A stretch of DNA of 64,000 bases from Octopus sinensis (Eukaryota): the NCBI RefSeq assembly GCF_006345805.1, contig NC_043006.1:11098001-11162000 (forward strand), read 5' to 3'. The notes below the pieces were generated by a model, which saw only the letters and a program-made list of their open reading frames with translations, searched no databases and was not told the origin of the DNA. Shown piece after piece: positions 28,567 to 41,964 of this stretch. The stretch's first letter is position 1; each line of letters begins with the position of its first letter. The position numbers and the translations under genes are program-made.

Positions 28567-28990
28567 TAGGCGCAGGAGTGGCTGTGTGGTAAGTAGCTTG
28601 CTAACCAACCACATGGTTCCGGGTTCAGTCCCACTGCGTGGCATCTTGGGCAAGTGTCCTCTGCTATAGCCCCGGGCCGACCAATGCCTTGTGAGTGGAA
28701 TTGGTAGACGGAAACTGAAAGAAGCCTGTCGTATATATGTATATTTATATATATATGTGTGTGTGTGTGTATATGTGTTTGTGTGTCTGTGTTTGTCCCC
28801 CTAGCATTGCTTGACAACCGATGCTGGTGTGTTTACATCCCCGCCACTTAGCGGTTCGGCAAAAGAGATCGATGGAATAAGTACTGGGCTTACAAAAGAA
28901 TAAGTCCCGGGGTCGAGTTGCTCGACTAAAGGCGGTGCTCCAGCATGGCCGCAGTCAAATGACTGAAACAAGTAAAAGAGTAAAAGAGTA
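28567..28990 (+). mobile_element. SINE family A, full length
   Basis: Matches family A consensus. Confidence 0.9.
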
Positions 28991-29356
28991 ATAAGAACTC
29001 GACTTATTGTTTACAGAAGTAAACAATAGCAATACAGAAGTAAACAATAGCTGTCATTTTTCTCACTTCACCCTTCGCTAAAAACATTGTCCTCGATGAC
29101 TTCAACACTCATAAATCTTCTTGATTTTTACACGCATCCCTTATAAAGGGAACCTTTTTCGTCCCTGGCGTTTATCTCTGGCCGACATGCAGTCACACTA
29201 AATACCCTCCAACTTTTTTCTCCCTTCCACATTCAAACTCAACCTTAACTAAATTATCACTGCTTCTGCATTTATCAGAGCACCCAGTCACTGCCTTACC
29301 ACAACCACCCACAATATATCCACAACAAGGCAACACTTCCCACCCAAGACTCTCAT

Positions 29357-29522
29357 GTAGGCGCAGGTGTGGCTGTGTGGTAAGAAGCTTGCTTTCCAAC
29401 CACATGGTTCCGGGTTCAGTCCCACTGCGTGGTACTTTGGGCAAGTGTCTTCTACTACAGCCTCGAGCCGACCAAAGCCTTGTGAGTGGATTTAGTGGAC
29501 AAAAACTGAAAGAGAGCCGTGT
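29357..29522 (+). mobile_element. SINE family A, 5' half only
   Basis: Ends at the internal microsatellite. Confidence 0.85.
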
Positions 29523-29578
29523 ATACACATATATATAAATATATAAAAATATATATATATATATTATATATATATATA

Positions 29579-29665
<87 letters not shown>

Positions 29666-29814
29666 GTGAAATAGAAAGATGAATAATCTTGTAGTAGATT
29701 AATCAAAAGTTTAACCGATACCTTAGTAGCAAAAATCACAGCAGTAAACAGCACGGTTGGAGGTACAACCATCTGGCGTTACAACCGTGCGTTGGTGCGG
29801 ATAATTGAAATTAA

Positions 29815-29931
29815 AACATTATTGGTGAATTGAAGAAATGGAGCTGAACGCAGATTGAACAGAAATCGTTTTATAAAACGATTTCTGTTCAATCTGCGTT
29901 CAGCTCCATTTCTTCAATTCACCAATAATGT

Positions 29932-29932
<1 letters not shown>
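29815..29932. repeat. Perfect 118-bp spacerless palindrome
   Basis: Centre CGTTTTA|TAAAACG at 29873/29874; arms match by eye along their full length. Confidence 0.95.
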
Positions 29933-29962
<30 letters not shown>

Positions 29963-30149
29963 GTATGTATATATGGTCCTTTTCCATACCGAAATACTAC
30001 TAGGTGAAATTTGTTGATTTTATTAAATTAATTATCATTCACCCTATATCTGTAATGAGTATGTACATAGTGAATCCAAACAAAGAAGAACAAACAAGAA
30101 AACACAATAACAGATTTTATGGACATCGTTCATAAGGCTGATATAATCG

Positions 30150-30945
30150 TTTGTCCCCTTTTTCCGCAAGTTATGCGTTTGCTGTCTGAGTTTAATTAAT
30201 TGTTGTCATGGCTTGCTCATGAACGGCTGTGTTTAGGGATTCAGTTTCTCTTTTCAAGTTTCCAGTTTTCAGCCACAACCAGCTTTTTTCACTTTAAACT
30301 TCTCTAGTTTCTTGCACAAATTACCTATGCTGTTCCTTCATTTTCTAGCGATTTTGGTGTTATACTTCTCCCCTTTCTTGAAATCTTTGTTTCAATGACT
30401 TTCGTGACATTCCTAGCTGCATACAGCTAACCGTGACTAACATAGTTTCCCAAAACCCAAATTAGCAGCATGTTAGACACTTTTGGCATTTAACAATTCT
30501 CAACCTCCTTCTCTTCTTTATTACTAGAACCTATCGATATTACTTTAAGGATGCTCTATATAATGTATCCTGAGCGGATTCCAATATCTGTAGCTATGTC
30601 TTCGTCTGTTTTAAAAAAAGAGCGGAATTTCTCGACATGACATAACCCGAGTATTGATCAATTTAGTTATATGAAAAAAAGCAATGGAGACAGTAAGTCT
30701 CCTTGCAATAGTCCCCTCAGAATTTTTCTACATTTCTCGCCAATTTGCTTCTGCGATTTTTGTTCCATTTCCCAAGTTCTTGTCGCTTTCTCTGAAAGCA
30801 AAGACGTTAATCTTTCCCTAGACCCCGGGGGTATTCTGACAGCTGAAAAGCCCATGTTGTGGTACATTATTACATGCGTTCTCGTATTGCATCCTATCAA
30901 TAGCAAAGTTTTTTTTTTATCTGCAATTAACATTGTAACCATTAA
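30150..30945 (-). pseudogene. Degraded R4/Dong-type non-LTR retrotransposon, RT and post-RT region
   Basis: RGLLQGDLLSPLLFFI (RT motif) and KSWLWLKTGNLKRETESL...HEQAMTT; stops and frameshifts present. Confidence 0.75.
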
Positions 30946-30978
30946 TCGATAGACGATAGATGAATATTATCATTATCA

Positions 30979-31038
<60 letters not shown>

Positions 31039-31039
31039 C

Positions 31040-31490
31040 CATGTTTATCGCATAAGATTTCCGAAATTAACTTTGTAATAATACGTCATCCGTCCGCAAC
31101 CTGTGGGCTAAGGTAACATATTACGGTCAGATTTCGTGAACTTTACGAAGTATTCGTATAGTTCTAAGCCACACTGCTTTGTGTAGGGGCTATATCTTCA
31201 CATTTACCCTTTTCAATCCGGTTTTTTAGCTTGGTACTTATAGCACCCAAGGCTCCCACAACAACATGCATAACTTACTTCAGTGAAGCCAGTCTTTCTA
31301 TTTCCCATTTCAAATCAACTCATCTGATCTGTTTCTTCTCTTTGATTTCTGATATTCTATAATCACCAGGACATCCAATGTCTATGATTAAACAGGTTTT
31401 TACCTCTTTATCCACAACCACTATATCCGGCTGTCGATGTTCGTTTTCATGGTCACGTTCGAGCATTGCTTCCATAAATACCCTTATCTG
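31040..31490 (-). pseudogene. 3' end of an R4/Dong-type element (restriction-like endonuclease, 3' UTR, (AAT)n tail)
   Basis: HRQPDIVVVDK...CLIIDIGCPGD and LRTIRILRKVHE, followed by (AAT)n at 30965-31038. Confidence 0.8.
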
Positions 31491-31519
31491 ATTCTTAATC
31501 GTTATTACTACTCATAAAC

Positions 31520-32075
31520 AGGGGTGAGCTGGCAGAATCGTTCGCAGGCTGAACGAAATGCTTAGCGGTATTTCATCCGTTGCTACGTTCTGAGTTCAAA
31601 TTCCGACGAGGTGGACTTTGCCTTTCATCCTTTCGGGGTCGATAAATTAAGTACCAGTTACGCACTGGGGTTGATGTAATCGACTTAATCCGTTTGTCTG
31701 TCCCTGTTTGTCCCCTTTGTGTTTAGCCCCTTGTGGGTAGTAAAGAAATAGGTATTTCGTCTGCCGTTACGTTCTGAGTTCGAATTCCACCGAGGTCGAC
31801 TTTGCCTTTCATCATTTCAGGGTCGATAAATTGAGTACCAGTTCGCACTGGGGTCGATATAATCGACTTAATCCATTTCTCTGTCCTTGTTTGTCCTTTT
31901 TTTTTTTGCACCTTGTGGGTAGTAAAGAAATTGGTATTTCATTCGTCGCTACGTTCTGAGTTCAAATTCTTTCGGAGTCGAGGAAATAAGTACCAGCTGA
32001 ACACTGGGTTCGATATAATCGACTAACCTCCTCTCCCAAATTTCAGGCTTTGTGCCTATAGTAGAAAGGATTATT
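31520..32075 (+). mobile_element. SINE family B, three-unit tandem form
   Basis: Units start at 31568, 31752 and 31934. Confidence 0.9.
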
Positions 32076-32704
32076 ACTACTAATAATACTGTAAATTTCT
32101 ACGCCTACCGCGCTGAAAATAGAATCTTTTGATTTATTTGTGTCACATATCCGGCAGGAACTAAATTAATTCGTTTCAGCCATTCCGATGACTGGAGTTC
32201 AGGATTCACAGATTATAAGAAAATAAAATATGGTCCTATTGGAAAATAAAGAATATTGGAGAGGAGATATCAAACAAATATACTAAGTTTAAATATGGCG
32301 TTTTAATATCGCACTGCATTACACCAAAATCTAATTTACACCAGAGACGACTGCCTGAATTCATGAACATATTACTTTGTGAAGTTATAAGGAACTGTTC
32401 TAAACAGATACGTTCAGGCTGAAAGAAAGAAAAGTTATTATTTCTTGCTTAAAACACCAAACATGGCAGCCAATAATGGCGGTCGATACATACGCTGATC
32501 AAATACAAAGAAAAAAAGGAAAGTGAAAGTTATTGATCCGCCGAGCGTATGAACTTATTCTTAATTGCTTTCTTATCTGTAAATATCGATGTTTTCACAT
32601 TCTGATATCTAAATACATACTTTGTCATTATGGCTGTATTTACATCTATTGTGACTGTATTTATCAGAGTGAACAAATTTACGTAAACATATATGTATAT
32701 TTAC

Positions 32705-32792
<88 letters not shown>

Positions 32793-33155
32793 TTATACAT
32801 GTTTACATGTATATTTACGACTATGTCTTTCTCTTTCTCTCTCTTTCTCTATATATATATGTATATATGTATATATATATATACATACATACATATATAT
32901 ATAATATATATATATATATACATATACATATACTAAAGTTTATGTTAAAGTGTATTTCTGTGTATGTGAGAATGTGTGCGTGTGCGTGTGTGCATGTATG
33001 TCTGTCAGTCTGTCTGTCTGTGTGTGTATGTATGTATATATATATACATAGTGTATGTTTCTGGGTATATGTGTATGCGTTCGTATATATATATTCATAT
33101 ATGTAGGATATACATATAGACATACAACCTTACATGCACACACACGTACACACGT

Positions 33156-33188
<33 letters not shown>

Positions 33189-33590
33189 CATATATATATA
33201 TGCCATATAGGTAACTTACATAAAAATATCAATAGGAGTATTTTTGCATAAACATATATGCACATGCATATATAAATAGAAAGTTAGATAGATAGATAAG
33301 TAGATAGATAGATATATATATAGAGAGAGAAATGAAAGAGAAAGAAATAGAAGATAGATGTAGGCTCGTGCACATGTATGTGTGTGTGTTTGTATGTGTG
33401 CGTATGTGTGTATGTGTGTATGCCAGTATGACTAAGTTTGATATGCAAACGAACTGCATATTCGGATGTCTGATCGATTATGGCGTCGGGATCTTCATGC
33501 GTAATGCCTATGTCTATCTCTGTGTGTAACTCGTATATGTATACGTATTTTATGCGCGAATGTGTACGCGTTTATACACACACACACACA

Positions 33591-33673
<83 letters not shown>

Positions 33674-33860
33674 CATTGCAGGCGTGTATGTATTTAACTC
33701 TATTTTCAGTCCTCCAACATTACTGATTCACTGTTTAATTGTATCAATTTCATACAGATATATTCTCTGTAGATCTAAATAGCAACACATACAAACACAC
33801 ACACACGCATAGACACACGCTCAGATGCACATACACACACACATACATATACATATATAT

Positions 33861-33896
<36 letters not shown>

Positions 33897-34269
33897 GATA
33901 TATATATATATAGATATATATATATATATGTATAGGTATATATATATGAGTATATATATAGATAAATATATATTAATACATATATATGTATAGGTATATA
34001 TATAGAAGTATGCATATGTATATATATGTATATGTATGCATATATATATATATATACATATATGATATATATATATAGGTAAATATATATAGATATATAT
34101 ATATATGTATAGGTATATATATGAGTATATATATAGATAAATATATATTAATACATATATATGTATAGGTATATATATAGAAGTATGCATATGTATATAT
34201 ATGTATATGTATGCATATATATATATATATATACATATATGATATATATATATGTATATATATATATAT

Positions 34270-34303
<34 letters not shown>

Positions 34304-34378
34304 ATATAATATATATATTTATAAATATATATATATATATATAATATATATATATATATGTGGTGTGTGTGTGTGTGT

Positions 34379-34412
<34 letters not shown>

Positions 34413-34844
34413 ACATGTATTTATATAGCTTCTTTTTGATTCAGAAAGATAAAAGTTGTCTAAATTGCCAATTCTACGTATGGTATCAACATTATCAAAT
34501 ATTTATGATATACAGGAGTTCTTCCAAAATATTCATTTTCCATCTCACAGGACATCTGATAATACCTCACTTCTCTCAGGTAATCTATCACCAATGCACA
34601 TAAAATGAAACAGAACAAAAACTATTTCTAAGAAAATCACATCTTTTCTCGACTCTGCACACAATCCTCATAAAGTAGAGCTATTATTTTTCTCTAATAT
34701 CCAAAAACCACATTCTCTCAGTATGTTTCTTACACCTACGTAAATCCATATTAACTGATTCTTAAACTGGAATACTGATTGTTTTTTTCCTTGAGAATTT
34801 ATTTTACTTTAAAATATTTTAATTTCGCCACAAGGACAAATATT

Positions 34845-35030
34845 TTGAGAGAATAGGCATAGTCGATTATAACGACCCCATTACTTGAAAGATATTTTAT
34901 TTTAATGAATCTGAAAGAATAAAATATCAAGAAATATCAAATTCACCTTGATGTTGTTCAAACTCGAGACAATGACCGGAAAGAAATACCGCAAATCATT
35001 TTTTTCCGGCGATTTAATGATTCTGCTTGG
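34845..35030 (-). mobile_element. Old degraded SINE family B
   Basis: GTCGATTATAACGACCCC and GAAATACCGC remnants. Confidence 0.55.
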
Positions 35031-35448
35031 TTGCAGCCATTTAGTTTTAAAATAAGCGTATCAATTATTTGAGACGACCACTAAATTTTACTGGTAAATA
35101 TTTCGAATTGCTTCTCCACTCTTAACGGATAACTGAGAAATTGCACGTTCTGTACAGCCAGAAATCCTATATGAAACCGCTTCTTCTATTATGAATATCA
35201 GCCAAATTTCCCTTAGGGAACATCCTAGTCTTCTAAATAAAGAAACGGTACTTTAGACAGATGCAGTGAACAGAGCTGGAATATCTTTGATCAGAGTCGA
35301 CCTGGGGCTAAGAGAACAACATCAGTAACACTGTATCAAATCAAGGAATTAAATGCTGTAATATGTTGGGTCAGCCATTTTATTCACTTAGATATCTGCG
35401 GCGTCGCTGACTAATGCAGCATAAAATATAAAGCAACTGTTGAGGGAG

Positions 35449-35454
<6 letters not shown>

Positions 35455-35532
<78 letters not shown>

Positions 35533-35543
35533 CAGAGAGAGAC

Positions 35544-35606
<63 letters not shown>

Positions 35607-35609
35607 GAA

Positions 35610-35653
<44 letters not shown>

Positions 35654-35668
35654 GACAGACAGACAGAC

Positions 35669-35745
<77 letters not shown>
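35455..35745. repeat. (GATA)/(GA)/(GACA)n compound microsatellite
   Basis: Direct reading. Confidence 0.95.
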
Positions 35746-36602
35746 TGCATATCTTCTTGGAACATTACCAATATTAACAAATCACCACGCTCCGGGAGGT
35801 TTTCTACTCTCTGCTGCCTATTATGATAATGTTTACTAAATTCCGACAAGTCTGATGAGAAAAAATTGCCAGGCGTTGAAAAGTCTACCAAAGCTGCTTT
35901 ACGTCTATTTTATTATTTATGTAAATATAGAGATTTCAGCCAATTCTTTAAAATATCCAATAAAAAGACGTGGAACTTTATAAAAAAATTGCAACACTGT
36001 TACATTTTGAATAAATTTTTAATTTGGATTTACATTTTTATCTTTTTTATGTAACGTATTTCGTTCAGTAGACTTCAGAAAAAAAAATTCTTATTTTATG
36101 TCTGTAAATATATCCTGACATAAACTGTAGGATCATTCGCAGTCATATTAAATAACTCAGTTTGGAGGGTGTTTCTCCTGAAGTCCTTGGTTCTATCCGA
36201 GGTTTGCTATGTCAAGGGTGATTTGGGAGTATGCTCGATGCTTTCGCTAATTGTTTTATTTGCCCATTTAGTTGCGAGTGGACATAGACAGCCTCTTGGC
36301 CCTGCCTTTTTTGATCTATTAAAACATCCAAAGTCGGACACCTGAAAGGAGAGTGTACTTAGAGCAGTACGCGTTTGGTTTTAGCTTTATCGACCCAGTA
36401 AAAATGTAAGCCAAAAGTTGGATTCGGCTAAATTTGAGCAAGGAGCACGGGGAGATGGTACAAACATAGCAACACTTTTCACGTGATGGTCAAAAGTCTC
36501 TGATAGACGACCGTCATTGGCATGTGCTGTCATCACAGGATGCACAAGAGAAACTGAAAATGACCGCCGTTGAATTCTATTGGCAGCAGTAAAAATAAAA
36601 AA

Positions 36603-36885
36603 AAACTGGCACTCCGTCAGTTACGACGACGAACATTCCAGTTGATCCGAGGTACGGGAGAGCCTGCGCGTGAAATTAATGTGCAAGTAGCTGTGCACTC
36701 CACAGACACGAATACCCTCACGTAGTTTTCATGAAAATTCAGCGTCACACAGAATGTGACAAGGCTGGTCCTTTCAAATACAGGTACTACTTATTTTCGC
36801 CAGCTGAGTGGACTGGATCACCATGAAATAAAGTCTTGCTCAAGGACACAACGCCCCACTACGAATCGAACTCATGACCTTCCGT
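36603..36885 (-). mobile_element. SINE family D
   Basis: Homologous to 2826-3140. Confidence 0.85.
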
Positions 36886-37221
36886 GCCTTCACAGCTATA
36901 TGCCAGTAGAAACAAAGACCCACGACCACCTTACCCTCCAAAACGAATGAACCTTGTTTCGGCAAATTCCCTGTTTACTGACTTTCGTTAATGCTTTAGT
37001 TATCTTGCATTTTTAGTACAATCCTGTTGTAATGAAAGTATTTAAGTGGAGATGGTCACGGATATAATAATACGAGTATTTAATTGGAGATTTCATGGGT
37101 ATAGTAGCAATATTATTTAATGTACGATGGTAATAGCTGTGGATTTAAGAAGGTCGCCTCGCATCTATATGTTTTTTGGTTCAATACCCCGTCAAGTCAC
37201 TTTAAAAAGTATGTTCTAAAG

Positions 37222-37475
37222 CAGCGGTCCTCCAACATTTTCTGCCTATGGTCCCCCTTTCATTCTTATTTTACTCAGCTGGACCCTCGTAGCCATTCCA
37301 TGTTTAAAAAAAAACATTACATTATATTTTTAGAACTAATTATCATAAGGAATTGTATAAAGACAATGGTTAAAATATTTTGTACATTATAGAATTATAA
37401 CTAATTTCTTGCACATAAAATTTACCAATACAATTTTATATGAATCTCCAAGAGCCATATGGACCCCACTAGGCT
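37222..37475 (+). mobile_element. Probable hAT-type MITE, left part
   Basis: Begins CAGCGGTCCTCCAAC after TTCTAAAG, resembling hAT/Charlie termini; right TIR not found. Confidence 0.4.
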
Positions 37476-38288
37476 AATTCTTCTGAGCGATGAAGTCCTT
37501 CTGGGGTAAATTTGGTAAATTGGATCCGTTGAAAGTTCTCTGGAGGGAGTGTTTCTGTTTTGGGGTTGCATATTTAATCCCTCTTTCCATCAGGCCCGTT
37601 GGTGACTTAATTTTTTTGCGCCCCAGTGTAAGGATGGCTTCATCTTTTCCACCTATCGTGGGAGATTCCGGAAAAAAGGTCATGAGTTCTACGCTTTCTT
37701 TTTTAACAAAGTAAAAAAGAAAGAAATCAAAATAATTATGAAAAAAATCTATAAATGTTCTCTTTACAACAATCCATATTTCGAAAGAGAAGAGCGTCCA
37801 CAGTAGCATATACATGCCAATCAATAATATAGATTTACATTTGTACAACTCCATGTTTTATTCAGAAAACATTACTGAAATCAGAAATCGAAATAAAACC
37901 AATGTACTTTTGCATGTTTGGGCTTCAGATATTTTCGGTAATTCTGATAGAAAGTCACAGCCTGCCATATCAATCGGGTTGAATACTGACCAATAGAGCT
38001 TGAAAAATTCAATAGCGGATTGCTGGATTATAATCCTTTATCTCTTGAGAATGCTAACATTGTATCATTAGGAAGGTGCTGATTCTGCAAAAAATTGGTA
38101 AAATGCCTGGCTGAATCCTTTTAAAGCATTTGAATTTGTTTCTTCCACGTTTTGGTCCATTGCTACGGTGTCGGTCGATTCTCTGATTTCATGGAGCTAT
38201 TCCTTAATTATTGTTGTTAAGAAAAATAATATTTCATATTATGTATGCTGGCAAGAACAAAAAAAAAATCTTAAACTATTACATTATC

Positions 38289-38712
38289 AGGCGCAGGAGT
38301 GGCTATGTGGTAAGTAGCTTGCTAACCAACCACATGGTTCCGGGTTCAGTCCCGCTGCGTGGTACCTTGAGCAAGTGTTTTCTGCTATAGCCTCGGGCCA
38401 ACCAAAGCCTTGTGAGTGGATTTGGTAGACGGAAACTGAAAGAAGCCTGTCGTATATATGTATATATATATATGTATGTGTGCTTGTTTGTGTGTCTGTG
38501 TTTGTCCCCCTAGCATTGCTTGACAACCGATGCTGGTGCGTTTACGTCCCCGTCACTTAACGGTTCGGCAAAAAGAGACTGATAGAATAAGTACTGGGCT
38601 TACAAAAAAAGAATAAGTCCCGGGGTCGAGTTGCTCGACTAAAGGCGGTGCTCCAGCATGGCCGCAGTCAAATGACTGAAACAAGTAAAAGAGTAAAAGA
38701 GTAAAAAAGAGT
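38289..38712 (+). mobile_element. SINE family A, full length
   Basis: Matches family A consensus. Confidence 0.9.
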
Positions 38713-39461
38713 ATTATATCTCAATCCAGTTAGTGGAACAGGAAAATGCACGCTACTCACCACTGTGGTCGAGTTGACTTGGAAATCCCTAGCAATTATG
38801 TAACCTTCACTTTAATGCGACAATTCCAGCCTGATGATTAGCTTTTGGAGAGCTTAACTCATTGCATAACTATTACATCAAAAGGTTCAGCTAGATAAAA
38901 AAACATGTAGCGTGCATTTTACCTGTTCCATTCTACTCCTTCAATTCGGATTTTTATTCACATTTGTAGTAGTTTTAGTGGCTAACTTGAGCTATAGAGG
39001 AACTATCAGCTTATCGAATTTCCTCGTACCTTCGATGCGAGAACTTCGATGTGCAAACCGCGATGCCAATAGATTGTTAGTGCTTCTTATCGCAAACTGT
39101 CCACTGTTTGTTCTCTATACCTGGCATACACTCGGATCACTGGATCATATATATGTGTATATATATGTGTGTGTGTGTGTGTGTATGTGTGTGTGTGTGT
39201 GCATGTATGTATATAGGCGCAGGAGTGGCTGTGTGGTAAGTAGTTTGCTTACCAACCACATGTCGTCGTAGCATCTTATTCTGGCAGCACGCTGGCGGGA
39301 GGGGGGTGGTGACATACTTTCATTCACCCTTTGAATTTGGTGGTACTGGTAAAGGCTTACGCTCGCTCTGATACCATGAGTTGAGGTGATGTCTTCTAGT
39401 GCCGTCAAATTTAATACACAATTATTAATAATTGAGACGCAATTATTTATAATTGAAGAGT

Positions 39462-39552
39462 CCTACGCTGAAGAGAAAAATAGTTGGGTAAGACATAATT
39501 ATTTAATTTTTATGCTTTCCTATGACTTAATTTCGAAACGTACGTCCGTAGG
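39462..39552 (+). ncRNA. Type I hammerhead ribozyme, intact core, GUC cleavage site
   Basis: CCTACG/CGTAGG stem I, CTGAAGA, stem II closed by GAAA/TTTC, GAAA, palindromic stem III ACGTACGT, C17 at 39546. Confidence 0.82.
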
Positions 39553-39833
39553 TGACTTAATATAGAATGATTGTCGTCATTTCTTTCTCTTTTGCCTGCG
39601 TTGTTTGCCTTTTAAGTGCTGTGGTTTTACTGGGATCTCCCTTTTAAGTAGAAAGAATAGCCATAACTCTTTGACTGCTATTTCTAAATTCGGTGTGTGG
39701 TGAGGCAAATCGTTGCTAAACCCTTAATTACTTAGTATTACTTAAACCTTCCTTGAATGGGGCTTTTACATGCCGAAATCTACTTGGTGAAATTAATGAT
39801 TATTCCAAATTAATTAATTTCACCCTATATTAT

Positions 39834-39868
<35 letters not shown>

Positions 39869-39884
39869 GTATGTATTTGTATGT

Positions 39885-40088
39885 TTGTCTCTGTTTGTCC
39901 CCCCAGCATCGCTTCACAACCGATGGTGGTGTGTTTATGTGCCCATAACTTAGCGGTCCGGCAAAAGAGAGCCGATAGAATAAGTACTAGGCTTACAAAG
40001 AATAAGTAGTCCTGGGGGTCGATTTGCTCGACTACAGGCGGTGCTCCAGAATGGCCACAGTCAAATGACTGAAACAAGTAAAAGAGTT
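39885..40088 (+). mobile_element. SINE family A, 3' half (an isolated 5' stub lies at 39214-39262)
   Basis: Matches family A 3' half. Confidence 0.85.
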
Positions 40089-40174
40089 AAAGACTATTGA
40101 GCGCCATACTAATACAATTGTTCGTTTGTTTTCCACCTGCCTTCGTCTTTTGTTTATTTTCATAAAGCTTCCCG

Positions 40175-40252
<78 letters not shown>

Positions 40253-40266
40253 TATATATGAGCAAC

Positions 40267-40533
40267 TTATAAAGAAGGGCAAAAGAAAAAATTATAATGC
40301 CAAATATGCCGAAAATCGACTTAAGTCGTCAATAACCATATAATTCATCACTATAAGCACACGTCTCGAAGTACGCTGACAGAAATTTCAAAAAATTCCG
40401 TTATTATCGTATCGGTTCCGATTTCAGACTTCGAGACGTGTGCTTATAGTGATGAATTATATGGTTATTGACGATTTAAGTCGATTTTCGGCATATTTGG
40501 CATAAATTTCTTTTCTTTTGCCCTTGTTTATAA
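40267..40533. repeat. Inverted repeat, ~106-bp arms and ~55-bp spacer
   Basis: 40267-40372 is near reverse-complementary to 40428-40533. Confidence 0.9.
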
Positions 40534-40669
40534 ATTTAGCCTTTAAAGGTATTTTTTAATATGCTGGCCATTGATAGAATTTTTTTCGAAAAGTTTTATC
40601 CTATATTAGATGCATATATATATATATATATCTGTGGTGGGGTAGTCAAGTCGAATACTAAATCTAGAA

Positions 40670-40830
40670 CAAACAATCAAACATTAAAAATAACAATAAC
40701 AAAACAAGGGGACGGACATTTGGAATGTATTATTTTAACGCTCACGTTAAGGTGGAAAGAAGAGTAGGTTTTTAACGTTTCGAGCATAGCTCTTCGTCAT
40801 AAAGGAAAACGGAAAAGTCCAGAAAGTAAA
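40670..40830 (-). mobile_element. PLE LTR-like repeat with hammerhead-like motif (ATGACGA core variant)
   Basis: Minus strand ATGACGA-A-GAGCTATGCTC-GAAACGTT at 40770-40805. Confidence 0.6.
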
Positions 40831-41344
40831 ACGTTTCACGAACAGCATGTGTGTGATTACATGACAATAGTGCTAAAATGTGTGCGTATGTGTGCGTGTG
40901 AATATATATGGATACGCAGAAACAGCGTCGAACACCTGACTTATCGTAGGCTTAAAACAATTTACGTAATGCGAAACTGAGTTAAACTACTATTGAATAG
41001 ATGGGTCTTCCAGCCAAACGTGCTGAATACTACTTTCTTTCGTTTGTTCATGCCCTTATGTGTTTGCATAAGTGTGCGTGTGTATGTGTCTTTGTCTGCG
41101 TGGGGAGGGTGTCAGCAATTTTTAATAATTATCATCGTAACATAGGCTATATGTATATGTATATAATTAGTAGTGTGTTCAAGTTAGCGCATGCGTATAG
41201 ATGTTGAAATATGTATCGTTTCAGTTGTTACACTGTCTTGTGCACACATTTGCGTTTATTTATACATATGCATGAGAATTACGGGATTCTATGTGCGTAT
41301 ATACATATGTATATATATATGTATATATATATATATATATATAT

Positions 41345-41404
<60 letters not shown>

Positions 41405-41910
41405 TATATATATATATATATATATACAGAGAGAGAGAGACATGTGTATGCAAGAGTTTTGAGTATGCGTGTATGTATGTATTTGTATAAGTGTATATCA
41501 TCATGTACTTATGTAGAGTTTATATGCCTGTATATATAAAAGTGTGTGTGTGTGTAGTTTGCACGTGATCTTGTGTGTGCGTGTGTGCGCATGCTTGTGT
41601 CGTATACTTGTGTATTAGTAACTCCCATTCTCCATTTTGAAAACACATTAATATATGTATACATGCTTGTATTATGTCTGTAATTATATATGCATGTATG
41701 AATAAATGTGCATGTATATATATTTATACATGTATGTGTATACATATATATAAGTATATATATATACACACATACATAAATATATACACACATACATATA
41801 TATATAAATATATACACACATACATATATATGCATATATATATATGTACATATATATGTATGTATATATATATATGTGTGTGTATGTATATATAAATATA
41901 TATATATATG

Positions 41911-41964
<54 letters not shown>

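Noticed and set aside
29075-29130. IVLDDFNTH resembling an APE endonuclease GDFNAH motif
   Set aside because: Too short and degraded to support a LINE call without a search.
35850-35895. CTGATGA...GAAA spacing, and similar partial cores at 415-465, 23200-23265, 38825, 56000-56060 and 62270-62325
   Set aside because: Stem I, II or III pairing or a core segment is missing; at best decayed relics, not counted as hammerheads.
37480-38200. Possible L1/Tx1-like RT remnants (KSP/GPDG, EFFKLYW) on the minus strand
   Set aside because: Motifs are frameshifted and out of expected order; unsupported without BLASTx.
39366-39379. Minus-strand CA|TGGTATCAGAGC, resembling an LTR end plus initiator-Met primer binding site
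   Set aside because: This PBS matches the plant-type tRNA, no gag ORF or second LTR follows, and the adjacent DNA is better explained by the hammerhead-bearing element. Probably chance.
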